Source of the DNA: Macrostomum lignano
Taxonomy: Eukaryota
Assembly (NCBI GenBank): GCA_002269645.1
Contig: NIVC01002165.1
Span: 124,001-188,000, forward strand
Reading direction: 5' to 3'
DNA length: 64,000 nucleotides
Position 1 is the stretch's first letter, and every line of letters begins with the position of its first letter. Below the pieces are notes generated by a model that did not search any database, was not told where the DNA came from, and saw nothing but the letters and a program-made list of their open reading frames with translations. A program made the translations under genes and the position numbers. Positions 38,455 to 50,400 of the stretch are shown piece by piece.

Positions 38455-40550
38455 TTGTCGGAGATATGAATTGTCGGAGATATGAATTGTCGGAGATATG
38501 AATTGTCGGAGATATGGAGTGTCGGAGATATGAATTGTCGGAGATATGAAGTGTCGGAGATATGGAGTGTCGGAGATATGAAGTGTCGGAGATATAAAGT
38601 GTCGGAGATATGAAGTGTCGGAGATATGAAGTGTGGGAGAGATGAAGTGTCGGAGATATGAAGTGTCGGAGATATGAAGTGTCGGAGATATGAATTGTGG
38701 AAGATATGAAGTGTCGGAGAGATGAAGTGTCGGAGATATGAAGTGTCGGAGATATGGAGTGTCGGAGATGTGAAGTGTCGGAGATATGAAGTGTGGGAGA
38801 GATGAAGTGTCGGAGATATGAAGTGTCGGAGAGATGAAGTGTCGGAGATATGAAGTGTCGGAGATATAAAGTGTCGGAGATATGAAGTGTCGGAGATATG
38901 AAGTGTGGGAGAGATGAAGTGTCGGAGATATGAAGTGTCGGAGATATGAAGTGTCGGAGATATGAATTGTGGAAGATATGAAGTGTCGGAGAGATGAAGT
39001 GTCGGAGATATGAAGTGTCGGAGATATGGAGTGTCGGAGATGTGAAGTGTCGGAGATATGAAGTGTGGGAGAGATGAAGTGTGGGAGAGATGAAGTGTCG
39101 GAGATATGAAGTGTCGGAGATGTGAAGTGTCGGAGATATGAAGTGTCGGAGATATGAATTGTCGGAGATATGAAGTGTCGGAGATATGAAGTGTCGGAGA
39201 TATGAATTGTGGAAGATATGAAGTGTCGGAGATATGAAGTGTCGGAGATATGAAGTGTGGGAGAAATGAAGTGTCGGAGAGATGAAGTGTCGGAGATATG
39301 AAGTGTGGGAGAAATGAAGTGTCGGAGAGATGAAGTGTCGGAGATATGAAGTGTCGGAGATATGAAGTGTCGGAGATATGAAGTGTCGGAGATATGAAGT
39401 GTCGGAGATATGAAGTGTCGGAGATATGAAGTGTGGGAGAAATGAAGTGTCGGAGAGATGAAATGTCGGAGATATGAAGTGTCGGAGATATGAAGTGTCG
39501 GAGATATGAATTGTGGAAGATATGAAGTGTCGGAGATATGAAGTGTGGGAGAGATGAAGTGTCGGAGATATGAAGTGTCGGAGATATGGAGTGTCGGAGA
39601 TGTGAAGTGTCGGAGATATGAAGTGTGGGAGAGATGAAGTGTCGGAGATATGAAGTGTCGGAGATATGAAGTGTCGGAGATATGAAGTGTCGGAGATGTG
39701 AAGTGTCGGAGATATGAAGTGTCGGAGATATGAATTGTCGGAGATATGAAGTGTCGGAGATATGAAGTGTCGGAGATATGAATTGTGGAAGATATGAAGT
39801 GTCGGAGATATGAAGTGTCGGAGATATGAAGTGTGGGAGAAATGAAGTGTCGGAGAGATGAAGTGTCGGAGATATGAAGTGTGGGAGAAATGAAGTGTCG
39901 GAGAGATGAAGTGTCGGAGATATGAAGTGTCGGAGATATGAAGTGTGGGAGAAATGAAGTGTCGGAGAGATGAAGTGTCGGAGATATGAATTGTGGAAGA
40001 TATAAATTGTCGGAGATATGAAGTGTCGGAGATATGAAGTGTCGGAGATATGAATTGTGGAAGATATGAAGTGTCGGAGATATGAAGTGTCGGAGATATG
40101 AAGTGTCGGAGATATGAAGTGTCGGAGATATGAAGTGTCGGAGATATGAAGTGTGGGAGAGATGAAGTGTCGGAGATATGAAGTGTCGGAGATATAAAGT
40201 GTCGGAGATATAAAGTGTCTGAGATATGAATTGTGGAAGATATGAAGTGTCGGAGATATGAAGTGTGGGAGAGATGAAGTGTCGGAGATATGAAGTGTCG
40301 GAGATATGGAGTGTCGGAGATATGAAGTGTCGGAGATATGGAGTGTCGGAGATATGAAGTGTCGGAGATATGAAGTGTCGGAGATATGGAGTGTGGAAGA
40401 TATGAAGTGTCGGAGAGATGAAGTGTCGGAGATATGAAGTGTCGGAGATATGAAGTGTCGGAGATATGAAGTGTCGGAGATATGAAGTGTCGGAGATATG
40501 AAGTGTCGGAGAGATGAAGTTTCGGAGATATGAAGTGTCGGAGATATGAA
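38455..40550. repeat. 16-bp minisatellite (GTGTCGGAGATATGAA), ~130 copies
   Basis: Direct tandem periodicity; source of the spurious 740-aa ORF; preceded by (CCCTAA)n. Confidence 0.97.
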
Positions 40551-41111
40551 TGGAGGCTGGAAGAAATAAGCCCCCCCTCTCGCGTTGAATGTATTTAACA
40601 CTGATTTAAAGATCAGGAGGGGTTGATAGATATTGGGAAAATACGTCACGTACAATGACTACATTGCAATCATTTCGATATTAAAGCATCGCGGGAGAAA
40701 AAATGCTAAAAATAGCTCGTATATTATATTTTTTATCGGCGTGACTTCTGTCTCCCTTCCAGCTTGTCTTATCTTTCGTTTCTGATTGGCTGGTTCATTA
40801 TTTCTTATCTAAAGGCCTCCAGCGCCAACCCGCTTTTGGCCCCTGTCCAATCCCAATTTATTCACGGCATAAATTGGGGGCCATAGTCTCGAGATTTCTG
40901 CCCCCTGCCTTTTCCAAAATTTATCTGCAATTTCACTGCGAATTGACCTTGAATAATGACCTTGAAAAGTTATTTTTAGCACTAGCCTAGCAGCTTAAAG
41001 TATTCCCGTTTTAATTTGACTCTGAGGGAAATGACTTTGTCAGAGTTTGTGGGCTGCTGCTGATGCTGAAATGGTGAAGATATGAGGTGCTCATTTGTTC
41101 GGATTGCAACT

Positions 41112-44100
41112 TGATGATCAGGAGTTGAGGGGCGGATGATCAGGAGTTGAGGGGCGGATGATCAGGAGTTTAGGGGCGGATGATCAGGAGTTGAGGGGCG
41201 GATGATCAGGAGTTTAGGGGCGGATGATCAGGAGTTGAGGGTCGGATGATCAGGAGTTGAGGGGCGGATGATCAGGAGTTGAGGGGCGGATGATCAGGAG
41301 TTGAGGGCGGATGGTCAGGAGTTGAGGGGCGGATGATCAGGAGTTTAGGGGCGGATGATCAGGAGTTGAGGGGCGGATGATCAGGAGTTGAGAGGCGGAT
41401 GATCAGGAGTTGAGGGGCGGATGATCAGGAGTTTAGGGGCGGATGATCAGGAGTTGAGGGCGGATGATCAGGAGTTTAGGGGCGGATGGTCAGGAGTTGA
41501 GAGGCGGATGATCAGGAGTTGAGGGCGGATGATCAGGAGTTGAGGGCGGATGATCAGGAGTTGAGGGGCGGATGATCAGGAGTTGAGGGGCGGATGATCA
41601 GGAGTTGAGGGGCGGATGATCAGGAGTTGAGGGCGGATGATCAGGAGTTGAGGGCGGATGATCAGGAGTTGAGGGGCGGATGATCAGGAGTTGAGGGGCG
41701 GATGATCAGGAGTTTAGGGGCGGATGATCAGGAGTTTAGGGGCGGATGATCAGGAGTTTAGGGGCGGATGATCAGGAGTTTAGGGGCGGATGATCAGGAG
41801 TTGAGGGGCGGATGATCAGGAGTTGAGGGGCGGATGATCAGGAGTTGAGGGGCGGATGATCAGGAGTTTAGGGGCGGATGATCAGGAGTTGAGAGGCGGA
41901 TGATCAGGAGTTTAGGGGCGGATGATCAGGAGTTGAGGGCGGATGATCAGGAGTTGAGGGCGGATGATCAGGAGTTGAGGGGCGGATGATCAGGAGTTGA
42001 GGGGCGGATGATCAGGAGTTGAGGGGCGGATGATCAGGAGTTGAGGGGCGGATGATCAGGAGTTTAGGGGCGGATGATCAGGAGTTTAGGGGCGGATGAT
42101 CAGGAGTTGAGGGCGGATGATCAGGAGTTGAGGGGCGGATGATCAGGAGTTGAGGGGCGGATGATCAGGAGTTGAGGGGCGGATGATCAGGAGTTGAGGG
42201 CGGATGATCAGGAGTTGAGGGGCGGATGATCAGGAGTTTAGGGGCGGATGATCAGGAGTTTAGGGGCGGATGATCAGGAGTTGAGGGCGGATGATCAGGA
42301 GTTGAGGGGCGGATGATCAGGAGTTGAGGGGCGGATGATCAGGAGTTGAGGGGCGGATGATCAGGAGTTTAGGGGCGGATGGTCAGGAGTTGAGAGGCGG
42401 ATGATCAGGAGTTGAGGGGCGGATGATCAGGAGTTTAGGGGCGGATGATCAGGAGTTGAGGGGCGGATGATCAGGAGTTTAGGGGCGGATGATCAGGAGT
42501 TGAGGGCGGATGATCAGGAGTTGAGGGGCGGATGATCAGGAGTTGAGGGGCGGATGATCAGGAGTTGAGGGGCGGATGATCAGGAGTTTAGGGGCGGATG
42601 ATCAGGAGTTGAGGGCGGATGATCAGGAGTTGAGGGGCGGATGGTCAGGAGTTGAGGGGCGGATGATCAGGAGTTGAGGGTCGGATGATCAGGAGTTGAG
42701 GGGCGGATGATCAGGAGTTTAGGGGCGGATGATCAGGAGTTGAGGGCGGATGGTCAGGAGTTGAGGGGCGGATGATCAGGAGTTTAGGGGCGGATGATCA
42801 GGAGTTGAGGGGCGGATGATCAGGAGTTGAGAGGCGGATGATCAGGAGTTGAGGGGCGGATGATCAGGAGTTTAGGGGCGGATGATCAGGAGTTGAGGGC
42901 GGATGATCAGGAGTTTAGGGGCGGATGGTCAGGAGTTGAGAGGCGGATGATCAGGAGTTGAGGGGCGGATGATCAGGAGTTTAGGGGCGGATGATCAGGA
43001 GTTGAGGGGCGGATGATCAGGAGTTGAGGGGCGGATGATCAGGAGTTGAGGGGCGGATGATCAGGAGTTGAGGGGCGGATGATCAGGAGTTGAGGGCGGA
43101 TGATCAGGAGTTGAGGGGCGGATGATCAGGAGTTGAGGGGCGGATGATCAGGAGTTTAGGGGCGGATGATCAGGAGTTGAGGGCGGATGGTCAGGAGTTG
43201 AGGGGCGGATGATCAGGAGTTGAGGGGCGGATGATCAGGAGTTGAGGGGCGGATGATCAGGAGTTGAGGGCGGATGATCAGGAGTTGAGGGCGGATGATC
43301 AGGAGTTGAGGGGCGGATGATCAGGAGTTGAGGGGCGGATGATCAGGAGTTTAGGGGCGGATGATCAGGAGTTGAGGGCGGATGGTCAGGAGTTGAGGGG
43401 CGGATGATCAGGAGTTTAGGGGCGGATGATCAGGAGTTGAGGGGCGGATGATCAGGAGTTGAGGGGCGGATGATCAGGAGTTTAGGGGCGGATGATCAGG
43501 AGTTGAGAGGCGGATGATCAGGAGTTTAGGGGCGGATGATCAGGAGTTGAGGGCGGATGATCAGGAGTTGAGGGGCGGATGATCAGGAGTTGAGGGGCGG
43601 ATGATCAGGAGTTTAGGGGCGGATGATCAGGAGTTGAGGGCGGATGGTCAGGAGTTGAGGGGCGGATGATCAGGAGTTTAGGGGCGGATGATCAGGAGTT
43701 GAGGGGCGGATGATCAGGAGTTGAGAGGCGGATGATCAGGAGTTGAGGGGCGGATGATCAGGAGTTGAGGGGCGGATGATCAGGAGTTTAGGGGCGGATG
43801 ATCAGGAGTTGAGAGGCGAATGATCAGGAGTTGAGGGGCGGATGATCAGGAGTTGAGGGCGGATGATCAGGAGTTGAGGGTCGGATGATCAGGAGTTGAG
43901 GGGCGGATGATCAGGAGTTTAGGGGCGGATGATCAGGAGTTGAGGGCGGATGGTCAGGAGTTGAGGGGCGGATGATCAGGAGTTTAGGGGCGGATGATCA
44001 GGAGTTGAGGGGCGGATGATCAGGAGTTGAGGGCGGATGATCAGGAGTTTAGGGGCGGATGATCAGGAGTTGAGGGCGGATGATCAGGAGTTGAGGGGCG

Positions 44101-44600
44101 GATGATCAGGAGTTTAGGGGCGGATGATCAGGAGTTTAGGGGCGGATGATCAGGAGTTTAGGGGCGGATGATCAGGAGTTGAGAGGCGGATGATCAGGAG
44201 TTGAGGGGCGGATGATCAGGAGTTGAGGGGCGGATGATCAGGAGTTGAGGGGCGGATGATCAGGAGTTGAGGGGCGGATGATCAGGAGTTTAGGGGCGGA
44301 TGATCAGGAGTTGAGGGCGGATGGTCAGGAGTTGAGGGGCGGATGATCAGGAGTTGAGGGGCGGATGATCAGGAGTTGAGGGCGGATGATCAGGAGTTGA
44401 GGGGCGGATGATCAGGAGTTGAGGGGCGGATGATCAGGAGTTTAGGGGCGGATGATCAGGAGTTGAGGGCGGATGGTCAGGAGTTGAGGGCGGATGGTCA
44501 GGAGTTGAGGGCGGATGGTCAGGAGTTGAGGGGCGGATGATCAGGAGTTAAGGGCGGATGATCAGGAGTTGAGGGGCGGATGATCAGGAGTTGAGGGGCG
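41112..44600. repeat. 22/21-bp G-rich minisatellite (GGATGATCAGGAGTTGAGGGGC), ~160 copies (copy 1)
   Basis: Direct tandem periodicity. Confidence 0.97.
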
Positions 44601-44914
44601 GCGGGGCGGAGGATTTTAATATGCACTAAAGAGGACGCGATGACCTTTTTTAATGTCTATCGTTAATCAATATTTTTTAGTTGGAAATAATGTCTAACAA
44701 CTATAGCATTATCTCGGTTTATAGTTAAGATAGCAAAATACTAGCGGAACTTGGCCGCCTTCCACACGCATGCCATTGTCGCTTATTTGTCTGTCCAGAG
44801 GGCGTCTCTTAGCATTAGGGCTCGTGCCTTCAGACTGGATTCCTTATTGCGTCTGTCGGACACATTAGCTTTGTCTACTGGATTTGATGCAGCAGTGCTG
44901 TTCAGTGCACTTCC

Positions 44915-45425
44915 GTGAACTCCAGTTTCAATTACAATTGCTACTATGTAGGTCTAGAAGTCCTTGAACTCCTGTTTCCATCCCAAATGCTAGTATGTAG
45001 GTCTAGATGTCCTTAAACTTCAGTTTCCATTCCAAATGCTAGTATGTAGGTCTAGAAGTCCTTGAACTCCAGTTTCCATTCCAAATGCTAGTATGTAGGT
45101 CTAGAAGTCCTTGAACTCCAGTTTCCATTCCAAATGCTAGTATGTAGGTCTAGAAGTCCTTGAACTCCAGTTTCCATTCCAAATGCTAGTATGTAGGTCT
45201 AGAAGTCCTTGAACTCCAGTTTCCATTCCAAATGCTAGTATGTAGGTCTAGAAGTCCTTGAACTTCAGTTTCCATTCCAAATGCTAGTATGTAGTAGTAG
45301 TACATAGTAGTATATACTACATACAAATGCTAGTATGTAGGTCTAGAAGTCCTTGAACTCCAGTTTCCATTCCAAATGCAAGTATGTAGATCTACTCGTA
45401 GAAGTCCTTGAACTCCAGTTTCCAC
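44915..45425. repeat. 49-bp minisatellite (CTAGTATGTAGGTCTAGAAGTCCTTGAACTCCAGTTTCCATTCCAAATG), ~10 copies (copy 1)
   Basis: Units start at 45039, 45088 and so on. Confidence 0.94.
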
Positions 45426-45807
45426 TCTGAACGTTCAGTATCGCCGCCCACAATCTCCAGCGTCCATTTCGAATGCTATCAGGGTAGATCTAGAAGGAAA
45501 CGGGACACTGCCTGCTGCACACTTGCGCCTTCCGGTTCCTCCGCTCCACCCGAGTGCAGGCCGTGAATGGGCGGCGAAATTGCTTATTCACTGCAGTCCC
45601 ATCAGCGCTTCGTGTCATTCGGCCCGGCCAGACTGTGTTGGGGGGGGGGGGTGTTTGCCTGATCATATTCTCCGCTTTTCTGCGGCGCCTGCCGTGTCGC
45701 TGATTGCCTTGGCGGATTTTTCCACTTATGACTGCTTGCTTATAGCTCAGCTGCTGTGCTTTCGCGCCTTTGCTCGCTACAAATTCGTCATGGATAACAT
45801 TTTTTAT

Positions 45808-47160
45808 ATTCCCTGCTCCCTCCCGCTCCTTTTTCCGCTCCCTCCTGCTCCGTTCCCCGCTCCCTCCCGCTCCTTTTTTCCGCTCCCTCCTGCTCCGTTC
45901 CCCGCTCCCTCCTGCTCCGTTCCCCTCTCTCTCCTGCTCCGTTCCCCTCTCTCTCCTGCTCCGTTCTCCGCTCCCTCCTGCTCCGTTCTCCGCTCCCTCC
46001 TGCTCCGTTCTCCGCTCCCTCCTGCTCCGTTCTCCGCTCCCTCCTGCTCCGTTCCCCACTCCCTCCTGCTCCGTTCTCCGCTCCCTCCTGCTCCGTTCCC
46101 CTCTCTCTCCTGCTCCGTTCCCCGCTCCCTCCTGCTCCGTTCCCCTCTCTCTCCTGCTCCGTTCCCCTCTCTCTCCTGCTCCGTTCTCCGCTCCCTCCTG
46201 CTCCGTTCTCCGCTCCCTCCTGCTCCGTTCTCCGCTCCCTCCTGCTCCGTTCTCCGCTCCTCCTGCTCCTTTCCCCGCTCCCTAATGCTCCGTTCTCCGC
46301 TCCCTCCTGCTCCGTTCCCCGCTCCCTTCTTCTCCGTTCCCCGCTCCCTCCCGCTCCGTTCCCCGCTCCCTCCTTCTCCGTTCCCCGCTCCCTCCTGCTC
46401 CGTTCCCCGCTCCCTCCTTCTCCGTTCCCCGCTCCCTCCTGCTCCGTTCCCCGCTCCCTCCTGCTCCGTTCCCCGCTCCCTCCTGCTCCGTTCCCCGCTC
46501 CCTCCTGCTCCGTTCCCCGCTCCCTCCTTCTCCGTTCCCGCTCCCTCCTTCTCCGTTCCCCGCTCCCTCCTGCTCCGTTCCCGCTCCCTCCTGCTCCGTT
46601 CCCCGCTCCCTCCCGCTCCTTTTTCCGCTCCTCCTGCTCCGTTCCCCGCTCCCTCCTGCTCCGTTCCCCGCTCCCTCCTGCTCCGTTCCCCGCTCCCACC
46701 TGCTCCGTTCCCCGCTCCCTCCTGCTCCGTTCCCCGCTCCCTCCCGCTCCGTTCCCCGCTCCCTCCTGCTCCGTTCCCCGCTCCCTCCTGCTCCGTTCCC
46801 CGCTCCCTCCTGCTCCGTTCCCCGCTCCCTCCTGCTCCTTTCCCCGCTCCCTAATGCTCCGTTCTCCGCTCCCTCCTGCTCCGTTCCCCGCTCCCTTCTT
46901 CTCCGTTCTCCGCTCCCTCCTGCTCCGTTCCCCACTCCCTCCTGCTCCGTTCTCCGCTCCCTCCTGCTCCGTTCCCCTCTCTCTCCTGCTCCGTTCCCCG
47001 CTCCCTCCTGCTCCGTTCCCTCTCTCTCCTGCTCCGTTCCCCTCTCTCTCCTGCTCCGTTCCCCTCTCTCTCCTGCTCCGTTCCCCTCTCTCTCCTGCTC
47101 CGTTCTCCGCTCCTCCTGCTCCGTTCTCCGCTCCCTCCTGCTCCGTTCTCCGCTCCCTCT
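45808..47160. repeat. 22-bp pyrimidine-rich minisatellite (CCGCTCCCTCCTGCTCCGTTCC) (copy 1)
   Basis: Direct tandem periodicity. Confidence 0.95.
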
Positions 47161-47480
47161 TCCGCTCTCTCCCCCGCTCCGCCCTTTCTCTTCCCCGCTC
47201 CTTCCTCACCTCCCTACAATTTCTCTCCTCTACTTTTTCTACGTATCCTGTTTTTCCCTCTGTATCCCTACCGAATGATTGCGGAATTTCTCCCAGCAGT
47301 GCCTCCCTGCCTCCTGCCCTGCTTCCAACTCCTACGCTCCCCACCGCTACCGATCTTGCCCCCGCAGACCAGTCTATTTGGTGCGGACAGCCCTCAAGTC
47401 CTGCTAGTTACTCAATAAAGCCCTTCCGCTCCCGAATCCTTGACTAGGCTGTTCTCTCCTGTTTACTTTATTTCTCGATA

Positions 47481-50400
47481 CGTTGAATGTATTTAACACT
47501 GATTTAAAGATCAGGAGGGGTTGATAGATATTGGGAAAATACGTCACGTACAATGACTACATTGCAATCATTTCGATATTAAAGCATCGCGGGAGAAAAA
47601 ATGCTAAAAATAGCTCGTATATTATATTTTTTATCGGCGTGACTTCTGTCTCCCTTCCAGCTTGTCTTATCTTTCGTTTCTGATTGGCTGGTTCATTATT
47701 TCTTATCTAAAGGCCTCCAGCGCCAACCCGCTTTTGGCCCCTGTCCAATCCCAATTTATTCACGGCATAAATTGGGGGCCATAGTCTCGAGATTTCTGCC
47801 CCCTGCCTTTTCCAAAATTTATCTGCAATTTCACTGCGAATTGACCTTGAATAATGACCTTGAAAAGTTATTTTTAGCACTAGCCTAGCAGCTTAAAGTA
47901 TTCCCGTTTTAATTTGACTCTGAGGGAAATGACTTTGTCAGAGTTTGTGGGCTGCTGCTGATGCTGAAATGGTGAAGATATGAGGTGCTCATTTGTTCGG
48001 ATTGCAACTTGATGATCAGGAGTTGAGGGGCGGATGATCAGGAGTTGAGGGCGGATGATCAGGAGTTTAGGGGCGGATGATCAGGAGTTGAGGGGCGGAT
48101 GATCAGGAGTTTAGGGGCGGATGATCAGGAGTTGAGGGTCGGATGATCAGGAGTTGAGGGGCGGATGATCAGGAGTTGAGGGGCGGATGATCAGGAGTTG
48201 AGGGCGGATGGTCAGGAGTTGAGGGGCGGATGATCAGGAGTTTAGGGGCGGATGATCAGGAGTTGAGGGGCGGATGATCAGGAGTTGAGAGGCGGATGAT
48301 CAGGAGTTGAGGGGCGGATGATCAGGAGTTTAGGGGCGGATGATCAGGAGTTGAGGGGCGGATGATCAGGAGTTTAGGGGCGGATGGTCAGGAGTTGAGA
48401 GGCGGATGATCAGGAGTTGAGGGCGGATGATCAGGAGTTGAGGGCGGATGATCAGGAGTTGAGGGGCGGATGATCAGGAGTTGAGGGGCGGATGATCAGG
48501 AGTTGAGGGGCGGATGATCAGGAGTTGAGGGGCGGATGATCAGGAGTTGAGGGCGGATGATCAGGAGTTGAGGGGCGGATGATCAGGAGTTGAGGGGCGG
48601 ATGATCAGGAGTTTAGGGGCGGATGATCAGGAGTTTAGGGGCGGATGATCAGGAGTTTAGGGGCGGATGATCAGGAGTTTAGGGGCGGATGATCAGGAGT
48701 TGAGGGGCGGATGATCAGGAGTTGAGGGGCGGATGATCAGGAGTTGAGGGGCGGATGATCAGGAGTTTAGGGGCGGATGATCAGGAGTTGAGAGGCGGAT
48801 GATCAGGAGTTTAGGGGCGGATGATCAGGAGTTGAGGGCGGATGATCAGGAGTTGAGGGCGGATGATCAGGAGTTGAGGGGCGGATGATCAGGAGTTGAG
48901 GGCGGATGATCAGGAGTTGAGGGGCGGATGATCAGGAGTTGAGGGGCGGATGATCAGGAGTTTAGGGGCGGATGATCAGGAGTTTAGGGGCGGATGATCA
49001 GGAGTTGAGGGCGGATGATCAGGAGTTGAGGGGCGGATGATCAGGAGTTGAGGGGCGGATGATCAGGAGTTGAGGGGCGGATGATCAGGAGTTGAGGGCG
49101 GATGATCAGGAGTTGAGGGGCGGATGATCAGGAGTTTAGGGGCGGATGATCAGGAGTTTAGGGGCGGATGATCAGGAGTTGAGGGCGGATGATCAGGAGT
49201 TGAGGGGCGGATGATCAGGAGTTGAGGGGCGGATGATCAGGAGTTGAGGGGCGGATGATCAGGAGTTTAGGGGCGGATGGTCAGGAGTTGAGAGGCGGAT
49301 GATCAGGAGTTGAGGGGCGGATGATCAGGAGTTTAGGGGCGGATGATCAGGAGTTGAGGGGCGGATGATCAGGAGTTTAGGGGCGGATGATCAGGAGTTG
49401 AGGGCGGATGATCAGGAGTTGAGGGGCGGATGATCAGGAGTTGAGGGGCGGATGATCAGGAGTTGAGGGGCGGATGATCAGGAGTTTAGGGGCGGATGAT
49501 CAGGAGTTGAGGGCGGATGATCAGGAGTTGAGGGGCGGATGGTCAGGAGTTGAGGGGCGGATGATCAGGAGTTGAGGGTCGGATGATCAGGAGTTGAGGG
49601 GCGGATGATCAGGAGTTTAGGGGCGGATGATCAGGAGTTGAGGGCGGATGGTCAGGAGTTGAGGGGCGGATGATCAGGAGTTTAGGGGCGGATGATCAGG
49701 AGTTGAGGGGCGGATGATCAGGAGTTGAGAGGCGGATGATCAGGAGTTGAGGGGCGGATGATCAGGAGTTTAGGGGCGGATGATCAGGAGTTGAGGGGCG
49801 GATGATCAGGAGTTTAGGGGCGGATGGTCAGGAGTTGAGAGGCGGATGATCAGGAGTTGAGGGGCGGATGATCAGGAGTTTAGGGGCGGATGATCAGGAG
49901 TTGAGGGGCGGATGATCAGGAGTTGAGGGGCGGATGATCAGGAGTTGAGGGGCGGATGATCAGGAGTTGAGGGGCGGATGATCAGGAGTTGAGGGCGGAT
50001 GATCAGGAGTTGAGGGGCGGATGATCAGGAGTTGAGGGGCGGATGATCAGGAGTTTAGGGGCGGATGATCAGGAGTTGAGGGCGGATGGTCAGGAGTTGA
50101 GGGGCGGATGATCAGGAGTTGAGGGGCGGATGATCAGGAGTTGAGGGGCGGATGATCAGGAGTTGAGGGCGGATGATCAGGAGTTGAGGGCGGATGATCA
50201 GGAGTTGAGGGGCGGATGATCAGGAGTTGAGGGGCGGATGATCAGGAGTTTAGGGGCGGATGATCAGGAGTTGAGGGCGGATGGTCAGGAGTTGAGGGGC
50301 GGATGATCAGGAGTTTAGGGGCGGATGATCAGGAGTTGAGGGGCGGATGATCAGGAGTTGAGGGGCGGATGATCAGGAGTTTAGGGGCGGATGATCAGGA

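Larger units (their letters stand above)
40583..47480. repeat. Copy 1 of a ~6.9-kb tandem segmental duplication
   Basis: Unique segments and array variant order match 47481-54382 except for small indels. Confidence 0.92.

Noticed and set aside
38433-40655. 740-aa - strand ORF (HISDTSYLRHFISPTL repeats)
   Set aside because: Pure translation of the 16-bp minisatellite; the aa period equals the nt period and there is no domain.
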